64,000 nucleotides of DNA from NCBI GenBank assembly GCA_009926305.1, contig RFPC01000006.1, positions 1,401-65,400 on the forward strand. The letters run 5' to 3'. Below the pieces are notes generated by a model. It had not been told where the DNA came from. It did no database searches and worked only from the letters and a program-made list of their open reading frames with translations. A program made the translations under genes and the position numbers. The stretch is from a bacterium (GTDB taxonomy: Bacteria > Bdellovibrionota_C > UBA2361 > RFPC01). Positions 37,217 through 47,243 of this stretch are shown one piece after another. The stretch's first letter is position 1, and every line of letters begins with the position of its first letter.

Positions 37217-38932
37217 TTATGGCTTTTTCAAAACACTCTTCAGCTCAATGATCCGCTCATAGGCAGCTGAGAGTTTTAAAAAATCAGCATTTGTATCAAA
37301 GCTCTCAGATGCACTTGACTGAACATCAGGATGAACTCTCTTAATCAATTGACGATAGGCAGATTTAAGTTCGTTGTCAGTTGCGTTTTCCTTGAGTCCA
37401 AAGGTTTTAAGGAGCTGTTGATACTCATGCTCAAGTGGCTGAATAGAAGGCCCATTAACACCTTGAGGCTCTATGCCTTTCGCAATATCTTCCCTAATCC
37501 GAAGATGTTCTGCCTGCCACTTCTGTCCCTTAAAACCGAAAATCGGCTTCTTCAAGTACAGGAATCTTACTGCTAACAAGAGTAGAAAGAGGCCACACGC
37601 TAGTCCAAAAAGACGAGCAACTGAGCCGTAATATCCTACAAGATAGAGCCGCAATTGAGTCAGAATAGGGATTCGTTCTATACCTTCCAACACTTTTCGA
37701 GCACCGTCCCTATCACCAACGCGGACTAGCCCGATAGCCTCACTCACCAAAAGCTCAGCATATCGCTGTTTCTCTTGGTTTGTCTTGGCACTGAAGTACT
37801 CACGAAAAAACCGAACTCCTTCAATATCATCATGCGCCAAAGACACCTGAATGGATCGCTGCAGAAAATTATTCCATGCATCTCTGACTAATGAGGAATT
37901 CTCACTCTCCTCGCTTATAACCTTCATAAAAGACTCGTTTGCTCGAGCCTCTATGCTATTTATTTCCAGTGAATTCAAGGCCAATACCATGATGCTCTGC
38001 GTACGCTCAGAGCGTTCTTCAGCTTTTAACTCCGCTAGTAAGAGAAGAGGAGAAAGAGATATCCCCTTTGCAACTGCATATTCTGAGAATTCATGGACTT
38101 TCTCTACTACCAAAATACGGAGGAACGAAAGCGGCGATATATGACTTGAAACTTCAAGAAAAGGGTAAATTAATGAACGATCGAGCGAAGGTTCAAGCGT
38201 TCTTAGTGAGTGGAGTTGATCGAAGAGAAGAGTAAGCTGTTGCACCTTCGGATTGCTCAGGGTAAAGGTTCTCGCAAGAAAGTCGGATAACGACCTAAGA
38301 TTTGTCGAATCTCCTTCTTCCTTCAGCTTTCTATTAACGAGAAATTCAATAGCATCGAAATACGCATCTTTCACCTTCTGAAGCTCATTTATTCCATTTC
38401 TCCTCATCCATCCCTGTTCATCAAGGCTCAGAAATGCGAAAAGAAGCGCACGGACATCTTGAGGAATCTTCTTCCTATTCCCCTTGACCAGAGCTTGAAA
38501 CACTGGCGTTGAGGAAGCAGTGAGATGCAGACCGAGCAAATTCTCTCGTTTTTCCTCAAAAGAGTAGAGCGAGGAAGCGAGATAGAATTCTAGTAGAGTC
38601 ACACTCGATTCGACATCATTCTCTTTAATTGCCATTTGAATGGCAGAGAGGATCTCTCCTTGTTGAAATGCAGTAAGAACACCCTCCGTCTTCAAATAGA
38701 AACGGAGGAGAGTAGCATTTACTTTTTCAGGAGGCACGATGCGCTCTTTTCCAAGAAGAGCAACAGTGGTTCGACTGTCGTCAATTCGCAAGACCTTTTT
38801 GACAGGAATTGACAATCCATAAACGACGTATTCTTCAGCACGAAGGCTATTGCTCGAATGAAAAAAGATATGAAGCACGAATAGAACAACCAGCTTCAAA
38901 GAAATTCTGACTACATTCGCTCTCGCCACCAT
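37217..38932 (-). CDS. membrane protein with a C-terminal J domain (DjlA-like architecture)
   Basis: N-terminal hydrophobic anchor, a long helical region, a second TM (LFGLACGLFLLLLAVRFLYL), then ELKSAYRQLIKRVHPDV (HPD J-domain motif). Confidence 0.8.
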   Translation of the reverse strand: MVARANVVRISLKLVVLFVLHIFFHSSNSLRAEEYVVYGLSIPVKKVLRIDDSRTTVALLGKERIVPPEKVNATLLRFYLKTEGVLTAFQQGEILSAIQMAIKENDVESSVTLLEFYLASSLYSFEEKRENLLGLHLTASSTPVFQALVKGNRKKIPQDVRALLFAFLSLDEQGWMRRNGINELQKVKDAYFDAIEFLVNRKLKEEGDSTNLRSLSDFLARTFTLSNPKVQQLTLLFDQLHSLRTLEPSLDRSLIYPFLEVSSHISPLSFLRILVVEKVHEFSEYAVAKGISLSPLLLLAELKAEERSERTQSIMVLALNSLEINSIEARANESFMKVISEESENSSLVRDAWNNFLQRSIQVSLAHDDIEGVRFFREYFSAKTNQEKQRYAELLVSEAIGLVRVGDRDGARKVLEGIERIPILTQLRLYLVGYYGSVARLFGLACGLFLLLLAVRFLYLKKPIFGFKGQKWQAEHLRIREDIAKGIEPQGVNGPSIQPLEHEYQQLLKTFGLKENATDNELKSAYRQLIKRVHPDVQSSASESFDTNADFLKLSAAYERIIELKSVLKKP

Positions 38933-39030
38933 CTACTACCTCAACGGAGTCAAGATAACTTTCTCTTCCCTATCCAGGTACGTAAGTCCACATACCATTA
39001 GGAGTATTCACACCCTGTGATTCTTGCGTA

Positions 39031-40125
39031 TTAGCCCTTCTGAGGAGTAGCCAAGCCGGTAACACTTATGACGACCTCCTCCACTGGCTTACCAGAAGCG
39101 TCCCCCATGATTACGGTTACTGTATCCTTAATCTCAGATACCCGAGACGTTGAAGAGTAGCGTACCGTAAGTCGAAATTCCTTTCCGAGCTTAACTTCTT
39201 CTGAAGTGGTGTTAATATCAGAATTTTTTGAAGTAAGCGACAATATCTGTAACGGAACCTGCCCATTATTGAAAATACGAACTTCACGCTCAACCATACT
39301 ACCTGGCGTCAACATTCCAAGCGCTACTACAGGAGGCTCAAGCTCAATCTGTTTTCGAACAGATGCGTAAATTGGAAGATTCACCGTCCGTTGCTGTGCA
39401 CCGCTAACACGAATGACCACCCGATCGCGAAATTCACCTATAGGAGCGCCCCCTTTCAAACGGATCTCTGCAATCACTCGTTTATGCTTCACTCGCTCTA
39501 TCTCTTTAATCTCAATCCATTTCGAACGAGTTGAAAGTTCGCCAATACGTGCTCGTAATCCATCACGAATCTGAATATTCACCCGCCGCACCACTCCAGC
39601 CGTAGTATCAGGAGAGTGGGTCACTTTTCCAAAGTCGATTCGATATGGCTCTACGAGCACTTCTGGCTCTATTTCACCTTTCAATGTGAGTAGGGCGGCT
39701 GGCCGTTCTGGATCGTTTGTATACAGCCTAACCGTCTTTTCCTTTCTCCCGTACATTCCATACGTATTAAATTGTACGGATAAGACCGTTTCTTCACCTG
39801 GCGCAATCACCTTATTCTTCAGCTCAGGCACTGTACACCCACAGGCAGGCACAATTCGCTGTATTTCGAGTTCCTCATCCCCTGAATTTCGTAAAATGTA
39901 CTGGTGCTCAAGAATTTTCCCCTGAGGAATTGAATCGAAATCAAACACCGGGTTAAGGATATCAAGGCTTGGGGCTGCTAGTGCAGGAGAAAGGTTTATG
40001 CTGATGCAGAGCGTAAGAAAAAAAAGGGCACGAAGAGGGAGCATGCAGAGGCCAGTCTTTCGAGGATCAAATGATGATACTTGGACGGAGCGGAGCACAT
40101 TATCTCTTCTATGCAACCTCATCAA
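39031..40125 (-). CDS. DUF1573 (ASH/PapD-like Ig-fold) repeat protein, secreted
   Basis: FDFDSIPQGKILEHQYILRNSGDEELEIQRIVPACGCTVPE is the DUF1573 signature (CGCT), followed by further beta-sandwich-like repeats. The probable start is M28 (40044), giving the signal peptide MLPLRALFFLTLCISINLSPALA. Confidence 0.8.
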   Translation of the reverse strand: MMRLHRRDNVLRSVQVSSFDPRKTGLCMLPLRALFFLTLCISINLSPALAAPSLDILNPVFDFDSIPQGKILEHQYILRNSGDEELEIQRIVPACGCTVPELKNKVIAPGEETVLSVQFNTYGMYGRKEKTVRLYTNDPERPAALLTLKGEIEPEVLVEPYRIDFGKVTHSPDTTAGVVRRVNIQIRDGLRARIGELSTRSKWIEIKEIERVKHKRVIAEIRLKGGAPIGEFRDRVVIRVSGAQQRTVNLPIYASVRKQIELEPPVVALGMLTPGSMVEREVRIFNNGQVPLQILSLTSKNSDINTTSEEVKLGKEFRLTVRYSSTSRVSEIKDTVTVIMGDASGKPVEEVVISVTGLATPQKG

Positions 40126-41509
40126 CTACCTCCTCCTCCGGAGTTTCCTCTTCGAAAACATCGTGTAAGTCCAAGAACTTCGTTGAAAAATCCCCAGAAC
40201 GAAACTTCGGATGATTCAATATGCGTCTATGAAGCTCGATATTCGTATGAATACCCTCTATTAGAAACTCATCAAGTGCAACAAGCAGCTTTTCAATGCA
40301 AGCCTCCCTATCGTGAGCTTTCACTATCAGCTTTGCAATCATGGAGTCGTAATACGGCTGAATGGTATAACCAGCATAGACAGCAGAATCCACACGAACT
40401 CCATTACCACCAGGGGTATGATAACTAAGCACTTTACCAGGCGAGGGAACTAAGGTGCGTGGATTCTCAGCATTAATTCGAGCCTCCATCACATGTCCAT
40501 GAAACTGAACATCTGACTGCTGAAGCGAAAGCGGCTCACCGGCTGCAATTCGAATCTGCTCTTTCACGATATCCGTCTCTGTAATCATCTCTGTGACCGG
40601 ATGCTCAACCTGCAGACGAGTATTCATCTCAATAAAGTAGAATTCATTGGCCTTCAGATTAACAAGATACTCCACTGTTCCAACACTTGAGTAGCCAACA
40701 GAACGCGCCAACTCCACCGCAGAATTTTGAATCTTCTCCCGAAGCTCATCGGGTAGCCCCGGAGAAAGCGCCTCCTCAATAACTTTCTGATAACGGCGCT
40801 GAATAGAGCAATCTCTAACTCCAAGATGTATCACATTTCGAAAACGATCCCCTGCAATCTGAACCTCGACATGCCGAACCGCTGGAAGATACTTCTCAAT
40901 CAAAAGATGCCCATCTCCGAACGCAGCCTCCACTTCTCGCTGTGCAGTATCGAAGAGAGAGTGAAACGTCTCTTCCGACTCGACAATTTTCATTCCTCGT
41001 CCACCGCCACCAGCACACGACTTTAACAAAACGGGAAATCCACTCTTACGAGCAACTGGTAACGCTTGATCTGCACTTAAATACCCTTGGCTGTCACCGG
41101 GAATGGTCGGTACACCAGCTTTATCAGCTGCGCGGCGAGCTCTCGCCTTATCCCCCATGACCCTCATGTTTCTTACCGAAGGGCCGATAAAGGTAATCCC
41201 ACAACTACCGCAGATCTCAGCAAATGCCGGGTTCTCACTGAGGAAACCGTACCCAGGGTGAATAGCATCAGCTTGGGTTGCCACCGCAGCCGCCATAATA
41301 GACGCGATATTCAGGTAACTCTCCTTTGGGGCGGGAGGTCCGATGCAGACACTCTCAGAAGCAAGCTTTACATGAAGAGCCTCCTCATCAGCTGTTGAGT
41401 GAATTGCAACCGTCCTAATGCCCAACTCATGACAAGCACGAATGATACGAAGTGCTATTTCACCACGATTGGCAATAAGAATTTTTTTAAACGGTGGGTT
41501 CGAAGACAT
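40109..41509 (-). CDS. accC: acetyl-CoA carboxylase biotin carboxylase subunit
   Basis: KILIANRGEIALRIIRAC, GYGFLSEN, GGGGRGM and EMNTRLQVEHPVTE motifs. Confidence 0.96.
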   Translation of the reverse strand: MSSNPPFKKILIANRGEIALRIIRACHELGIRTVAIHSTADEEALHVKLASESVCIGPPAPKESYLNIASIMAAAVATQADAIHPGYGFLSENPAFAEICGSCGITFIGPSVRNMRVMGDKARARRAADKAGVPTIPGDSQGYLSADQALPVARKSGFPVLLKSCAGGGGRGMKIVESEETFHSLFDTAQREVEAAFGDGHLLIEKYLPAVRHVEVQIAGDRFRNVIHLGVRDCSIQRRYQKVIEEALSPGLPDELREKIQNSAVELARSVGYSSVGTVEYLVNLKANEFYFIEMNTRLQVEHPVTEMITETDIVKEQIRIAAGEPLSLQQSDVQFHGHVMEARINAENPRTLVPSPGKVLSYHTPGGNGVRVDSAVYAGYTIQPYYDSMIAKLIVKAHDREACIEKLLVALDEFLIEGIHTNIELHRRILNHPKFRSGDFSTKFLDLHDVFEEETPEEEVVDEVA

Positions 41510-41555
41510 GCGGATACCTTAAAAGAAATTAAATGGCTCTCAAGAAAAACGAGAG

Positions 41556-42044
41556 CTATGCATTCGGATCGATTACAACGAGTAATTCGCCAAACTCAAC
41601 TACCTGAGCATCCCCCGGAAGGACTCTTACTACCTTACCACTTACTGGTGCTTCAATTTCGTTCATTAACTTCATTGCTTCAACGATACAGAGGGTATCT
41701 CCCTTCTTTACGGTGTCTCCCTCTTGAACAAAGGAATCTGCATCTGGAGACGGCTTTCTGTAAAACGTACCAACAATTGGAGATTCTACTTTATGAAGTC
41801 CCGCAAATTCGTCCCCTCCTGCGGATGCAGCTTCTGGTTGGGGAATGGTAACTGGTAATACTTCCGCACTGGCACTCGTAACAGCAGCTGGCGCAAGAGC
41901 AACCTGTGGTGCTGCTTGCACTAGCTGAGCGCGCGATAACTTAATGGTCGTTCCATCTTGGGTAAGCTCAAAATCAGTAACACCACTTTCTTTTAGGATT
42001 TTAACTATCTTCTCTAACTCTTTAATATCCATGATAAACTTCAC
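41556..42044 (-). CDS. accB: acetyl-CoA carboxylase biotin carboxyl carrier protein
   Basis: C-terminal biotinyl domain with the [11 protein letters not shown] motif. The start may be M5 (42032, MDIKELEKI). Confidence 0.94.
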   Translation of the reverse strand: MKFIMDIKELEKIVKILKESGVTDFELTQDGTTIKLSRAQLVQAAPQVALAPAAVTSASAEVLPVTIPQPEAASAGGDEFAGLHKVESPIVGTFYRKPSPDADSFVQEGDTVKKGDTLCIVEAMKLMNEIEAPVSGKVVRVLPGDAQVVEFGELLVVIDPNA

Positions 42045-42271
42045 CTTTCTTTCTCGCTATGCGTGCCACGGGCAACCACCTCAATCAGCCAGCATCCCTC
42101 CAGAAGTCCTCGTATTGAGGTCTGATAAAATATTCTTCGTTTTTATCCAAAGACCCCAAATTTACCGAATTCCAATGAAAAGGTAAAAGGTCAGGGGAAC
42201 GAATCCTCGCGAGGAACCCAATGATAAAGAATTAAAATCCGCTAATCACCTAATTTTACTTGATTTTGGCA

Positions 42272-42667
42272 CTACTCATCTAAGAGTTCGATATCATCGA
42301 GCTCAAACTCTACTTGGGCAATAACAGAGCCCTCTGCCACGGTGGAGTGAGGCTCAGCAGAGCCAGGAATCGGCTTGTCGCTTGTATTTGAAGGACTCAA
42401 CGGGTCGAGCGCCTCTAACAAGCGACCGAGTGACTCTCGATTCGGAAATCGAGCCCTGAGCTTCCTGACCTCCTCCACCGCAATCTCTGGACATCCACCT
42501 CGGTAGAATAATTCAGCGAGAAGAAGTCGCGCTCGTGGTTGTATCGGGTTATCTCCCAGATACTGAACCACGAGTTCAAAAGCTTCTCCTATGCTTCCCT
42601 TATCTTTTGCAGCCTCTGCCTTTTTCAGGTCTTGGTGCAATGTTTCAGATGAACCAGAGTCCGTCAT
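42272..42667 (-). CDS. small TPR-like helical protein
   Basis: ATG 42667 overlaps the upstream stop (ATGA). Helical-repeat composition (GSIGEAFELVVQYL...ARLLLAELFYRGG) with an acidic C-terminus. Confidence 0.6.
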   Translation of the reverse strand: MTDSGSSETLHQDLKKAEAAKDKGSIGEAFELVVQYLGDNPIQPRARLLLAELFYRGGCPEIAVEEVRKLRARFPNRESLGRLLEALDPLSPSNTSDKPIPGSAEPHSTVAEGSVIAQVEFELDDIELLDE

Positions 42668-43758
42668 GGACAACGATCAAAGTTGTGAAAATTAAGTCCT
42701 AACTGACCAGAAAGAGTAAAAGAATCTCCATTCTCATTCTGTCCAAAAACTGAGAAGGAGACGTTCCTGAAGCCAAGAGATGCGGAAACACTACTACCGG
42801 AACCGATGAATGTCTTTCCACTTGAACAGACTCCCCCGTTTCCACTACCGAACTCCGTGAAGAGTCCTGTTATTGAAAGCTCTCCTCCAAAAGGAGGAAC
42901 CGCAGGTCCTCCGTCTATAGGACTTACTGCAATAGTCGGCGATGAGTAAGAAGCCGTACCATCTCCTGTCGCTTGCGGAACAACGTATGAATATCCAGTA
43001 ATTTGAAGTGCTTGGTTTGAATTATTAATAATTCGAAATGTTGCACGAGTGTTAAAGAAAGGCTCACAGATCGGATCCTCTAATGGATCTGGCTCACAGT
43101 TCACTCGCGACACATCAATACCGAACGTATTCCCATCAGATTCCCCTGTATCACTCATGATGATCTGAAGAAGCCGAATACCTTCGGTTCCTGTTCCGCC
43201 TGGAGCACCATCATCTGGAGCAGCAACCCCACCTCCGCCAGAACCATTGCCAAGTCCTCCACCGCCGGCGTTTTCAAACCCAGAGAACCCAGCTGGAATT
43301 GGTCCCTCACAAACCACCTGAACGAACTCCCTGATGTTCGTTCCAACAGGGAGTCGGCAACCAAACTGAAAGCTTCCTGGTGCAGCACAACCGATTCGAC
43401 CGCTCATCCGGCCAGAGCTGTTCGTTATCTCTTGTCCACTTGATGGTTCAATGATTCCTATGCCAAGTTCTGAATCGCAAAAGACCGAGATATTAGGAAC
43501 TGGCGAGCTATTTTGATCGGTTACGCTGACCTCAAAACCAGTCGTTTGAGAGACTGCAAGCCTCGTTGAAGTAACAGAGAGACTTAATGTCCCAATATTA
43601 TCCTCCGATGCGACGAATCCTCCACTAAAAGGTGCATTATCACTATCAGTGCTCCCGCTATTACATCCAGAAATGACCAATGCAATAGCGCCAAGTGAAA
43701 CGAACATGGCGAGAGCTATAAATGCGCCTCTTGCCTTTGACATCATGAACCTGTTCAT
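42664..43758 (-). CDS. lipoprotein, Gly/Ser-rich with Ig-like (Big-type) N-terminal domain, function unknown
   Basis: Signal peptide plus lipobox ALVISGC. The stretch LSLSVTSTRLAVSQTTGFEVSVTDQNSSPVPN resembles a bacterial Ig-like domain. A central GGGGLGNGSGGGG linker is present. Confidence 0.75.
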   Translation of the reverse strand: MNRFMMSKARGAFIALAMFVSLGAIALVISGCNSGSTDSDNAPFSGGFVASEDNIGTLSLSVTSTRLAVSQTTGFEVSVTDQNSSPVPNISVFCDSELGIGIIEPSSGQEITNSSGRMSGRIGCAAPGSFQFGCRLPVGTNIREFVQVVCEGPIPAGFSGFENAGGGGLGNGSGGGGVAAPDDGAPGGTGTEGIRLLQIIMSDTGESDGNTFGIDVSRVNCEPDPLEDPICEPFFNTRATFRIINNSNQALQITGYSYVVPQATGDGTASYSSPTIAVSPIDGGPAVPPFGGELSITGLFTEFGSGNGGVCSSGKTFIGSGSSVSASLGFRNVSFSVFGQNENGDSFTLSGQLGLNFHNFDRCP

Positions 43759-43851
43759 ATCCGCCTTCCCCTTTTTCCTCTAAAACGTATCTTCAACCTT
43801 AAGTCCAATAAAAAAGTGCCACTCAATTGTGCTGGCGCTCCTCTCAACCCC

Positions 43852-44553
43852 CTAAACTACATTCGTTGCGTTACCACCAGCATAAGCAATCGATACATCT
43901 GGTGTAATATCAACTACTATCGTCTCGTCATTTGTGGTGTAGCGCTGTCCGCTCGTTGACTCTCCTTCTGCCGTTACCGTAACAAAGAGATCAAATGGTG
44001 CCTCTGGAAGAGAGTTCCTGTTAAGGCTTATCCAGCTTCGTATTTGAGCGGGAATGAGTCGAAACTCCGCTATTGCACAAGAACCAATTCCCAAAAAAGC
44101 AGAATTCGGCAGCGAAGAGTTAGAATCGTTCCCTGTTGAAGTATCTCCTGCTAGTATAGAGGGCCCCAACATCAGAGGAAGCGGTTGGATTGTTGATGGA
44201 GGCTGCACTGAAGATCCTGGGATAAAATACTCAAGATTCAGCCTATCGACACTCAACGCCTGACTATCAAGATTGTTTTGTAACCCAACTGCTGCAACTA
44301 CTTCACCGGGGAAAGCGAGGCCATCAGAAGACGAGGAGGAGACTGGAACAGAAATGGCAGTTATTCCACTCACATCCTCTGGCAGATCCAAACATCCTAA
44401 GGCAGCCCCAGAGTAAAAACCTAACAGAGTAAAGACGACTCCCTGATTGTTATTTCCACTCGAACCGACGCCTCCGCCGCAAGAAACGAGACCAGCAACT
44501 CCCAGAAAAAGAATCATGGTAATCTCGAGTGCTCGTCGTAGTGTGCTATTCAT
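43852..44553 (-). CDS. lipoprotein, function unknown
   Basis: Signal peptide plus lipobox GLVSCGGG. 233 aa, beta-rich and Ser-rich. It starts 43 nt after the pilQ stop. Confidence 0.75.
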   Translation of the reverse strand: MNSTLRRALEITMILFLGVAGLVSCGGGVGSSGNNNQGVVFTLLGFYSGAALGCLDLPEDVSGITAISVPVSSSSSDGLAFPGEVVAAVGLQNNLDSQALSVDRLNLEYFIPGSSVQPPSTIQPLPLMLGPSILAGDTSTGNDSNSSLPNSAFLGIGSCAIAEFRLIPAQIRSWISLNRNSLPEAPFDLFVTVTAEGESTSGQRYTTNDETIVVDITPDVSIAYAGGNATNVV

Positions 44554-44595
44554 TTTTACCTCTCTTGTCCCTATGCATCCCTAAAAGTAAATACT

Positions 44596-47130
44596 CTAAA
44601 ATGCAACTTTCATGGCCGCATCATCAAAACTTCCCTCGATAATTCTTGGCGTAATGAAAAATATCAGCTCTTCATCAGCATTCTTCACCGTCTGACGACG
44701 GAATAAGTGTCCGAAGAATGGAATATCCTTTAAAAAAGGCACTCCAGAAACACTATCCGAATCAGTAATCTTGTAAATGCCTCCCATGGCAAAAGTCTGA
44801 CCACTTGATACGAGCACCGAAGAAGTGGCGCTCCGTTCAATCTCAGTCGGTATGTCATCTACACGTTCTGCTCCGAAGGTGCTCGACTTTGCATTGATAT
44901 CAAGAAGAACGAAGTAGTCTGGCGACGCCTGAGGTGTAACTTCAAGAATAATTCCGATTTCAATCGTTTCAGTGGCCACACCACCACTTCCAGAAGCGTT
45001 TGCTCCCGCTCCAGTTGCGACGGAGAGCCCCCCGCTCGGCGTCTTCACTCTCACCTTTTCAACACTCTTAATCACCGCCTGCTGATTATTCGTGGTTGCC
45101 ACAGAGGGTCGACTCACAATCCGTATTGCACCTTCATCCTCTAATGCAGTTAATCGATAATCGAGCGAGCGAGTTCCATCAGCACTATCCAAAAGGAATG
45201 AAACAGCTGAACCACTTGCTGACGAAATGCTTGCTGGAAAAGAAGAACCGGTACTTTGACCTGGAAGAACACTACCTCCAATACTTATAGCATTCGGAAA
45301 GTTATCGCCTGTAGGATTTCCAGTAGCTGGAGATTGGATCATGGTAAAGCCAAGCTCAGAACCCAGTGAGCGCGAGAAGGTTCGATTCGCTTCAACAATC
45401 TGAGTTTCCAGCAATACCTGCGGTGTTCTTAAATCAAGCCGGCCCACAAGCTCAGCAACATTCTTCACTCCACGACGAATATCTTTAACGATCAGCTGGT
45501 TTGTGCGCTCATCGAACGCAACCGTACCTCGTTCTGTTAATACTGTCTCAACGAGTGGCTGTAGCTCTGAAGCCTTTGCATAGCTAACTCTAATATATTT
45601 CACGACAAGTGGCTCAAGACCTTCTTCTGCCTCCTGTGCCAGCTTCAAAGCTTCTCGCTCGTCACGGAGTTTTCCGATTGGAGCAATACGCATAACATTC
45701 CCCTCAAGGACCTTGTCGAGCGCATTTGTCTTCAAAATAACATCTAACGCCTGATCCCAAGGAACATCAACAAGCCGCAGTGTTACCTGTCCGACAACAT
45801 CATCGCTCGCTATAATATTAAGATTCGAAACCTCTGCTATGATTCGTAGGGCATTTGAAATTTCAGTATCTTGTAGATCCAGGGAAATTTTTCTTCCCGT
45901 ATATCGAGGAGCTTCATCGAGAAGTGCTGAAATTTCACTTTCTATATCGGTCATTTCTGAGAGGAGCTCCTCAGCGTCTGCCGCCTCCTCTTGCTCGTCA
46001 TCCTCCTCAGAATCAGTCTCTTCTTGTCTGCTTGCCTCTATTTCTTCTTCAACCTCTTGTTCTGTCTCTAACTCTTCTAACTCCACCTGAGCGCGTACAT
46101 CGCGTGTAGGCGAAGCGAGATATCGGTCAACTGGCTGAAGCACGATACTTCCACTACGCGCAATTGCCTCAAGCTGAAGTAATGGATCTGCAAAAACTCG
46201 AACCAGTGTGTTCTCTCCATCCTGAACTACTCGCACCGAACGGATCTTCGAGGTACGAGAAGGAGCGGTTATAAGGTTTTGGATTGCCTTCGGATCGTGA
46301 GATACCCCTTCCAGGGTAAGTACAAATTCTGAAGGGGCGGTTTTCTCTAAGGTAAAGACGCCTGGAGCATCAACTTCGGCAACCACAATCTGCCCAATAG
46401 CGGGTGCTTGTTCAAATCGAACAGATTTCAACTCTGAGATTACAGTGCCATCAGTTGGCTGCCCATTATCCGTAAGCTGGGCAGGATCTCGGTCGTGATT
46501 CTTTTCTTCTGTAACCAACCGTGCAGATTTTGTTGCTGTTACTTGAGGAGTATCTGCGATTGTCTGACTAAAACGGACGTATAGATTACCAGCAATAGGC
46601 TCTGACTCGTAGGTAATATCCTCGTCGTAACTCGATTCACCCTCATTTAAAGCAACCTCTAACTGAAGACCTTCATCTGTGGCCTTCAAGTCAATTTCTT
46701 TCAGTAGCCCAAGTTCATCTAGTGAGACTCGACGGGTATACTTTTCGCTTGCAAGTGACAGCTCAGGAAGAGTGATTTGAATCCGCGATGGGTTTGACAA
46801 GCGTTCGATGGCATAACTGACACTCTCTTCAACAGAACGTATAACCAGGTCAGCCTCTCTCAGCTTGGGAGCCTGATGTCCCCTGAGTTCGATTCCGAGA
46901 CCGTCTTCCTCTACCCGAGAGATAACAATCGGACCTTGAGTCGCTATGGAGCTCCGCAGATCTTGCGAACCAGGTGTGCCATCACCATTAAGAGCAGGTG
47001 TCCTATCACCATTAAGAAATGGAAGGCCCGTGGAACAGGCACTGAATAAGGACAATGCTATAATTCCGAGACCAAACCGAAGAAGGAGTAAATACGAAGA
47101 CCTTTCCGTTACAGGAGTCGCATTCATCAT
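44596..47130 (-). CDS. pilQ: type IV pilus secretin PilQ
   Basis: N-terminal AMIN-like repeats, an acidic linker, N0/N1 domains, and a C-terminal secretin domain ending in GVPFLKDIPFFGHLFR. ATG 47130 (MMNATP) is preceded by GGAG. The ORF track start at 47151 is a TTG. Confidence 0.92.
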   Translation of the reverse strand: MMNATPVTERSSYLLLLRFGLGIIALSLFSACSTGLPFLNGDRTPALNGDGTPGSQDLRSSIATQGPIVISRVEEDGLGIELRGHQAPKLREADLVIRSVEESVSYAIERLSNPSRIQITLPELSLASEKYTRRVSLDELGLLKEIDLKATDEGLQLEVALNEGESSYDEDITYESEPIAGNLYVRFSQTIADTPQVTATKSARLVTEEKNHDRDPAQLTDNGQPTDGTVISELKSVRFEQAPAIGQIVVAEVDAPGVFTLEKTAPSEFVLTLEGVSHDPKAIQNLITAPSRTSKIRSVRVVQDGENTLVRVFADPLLQLEAIARSGSIVLQPVDRYLASPTRDVRAQVELEELETEQEVEEEIEASRQEETDSEEDDEQEEAADAEELLSEMTDIESEISALLDEAPRYTGRKISLDLQDTEISNALRIIAEVSNLNIIASDDVVGQVTLRLVDVPWDQALDVILKTNALDKVLEGNVMRIAPIGKLRDEREALKLAQEAEEGLEPLVVKYIRVSYAKASELQPLVETVLTERGTVAFDERTNQLIVKDIRRGVKNVAELVGRLDLRTPQVLLETQIVEANRTFSRSLGSELGFTMIQSPATGNPTGDNFPNAISIGGSVLPGQSTGSSFPASISSASGSAVSFLLDSADGTRSLDYRLTALEDEGAIRIVSRPSVATTNNQQAVIKSVEKVRVKTPSGGLSVATGAGANASGSGGVATETIEIGIILEVTPQASPDYFVLLDINAKSSTFGAERVDDIPTEIERSATSSVLVSSGQTFAMGGIYKITDSDSVSGVPFLKDIPFFGHLFRRQTVKNADEELIFFITPRIIEGSFDDAAMKVAF

Positions 47131-47203
47131 AACTCTCCAAAAAACAAACAAACTATCCCTATGCGAACTTAACCGACTTCTCGACCACCTAACTCTCTAC
47201 CAA

Positions 47204-47243
47204 GCCAATGGTCTGCATCGCCAATGGTTTGCATCGCCAATTG
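47204..47243. repeat. 16-nt tandem repeat, about 2.5 copies, in the pilO-pilQ gap
   Basis: GCCAATGGTCTGCATC (47204-47219), GCCAATGGTTTGCATC (47220-47235), GCCAATTG (47236-47243). Confidence 0.9.

Noticed and set aside
36677-37262. Several overlapping ORFs (176 aa +, 75 aa -, 62 aa +, 88 aa +) in the gap between ffs and the J-domain gene
   Set aside because: None has a recognisable motif and all have skewed composition. Only the sub-ORF with an AGGAG-ATG start (36830-37207) was kept, at low confidence. The region may be largely non-coding.
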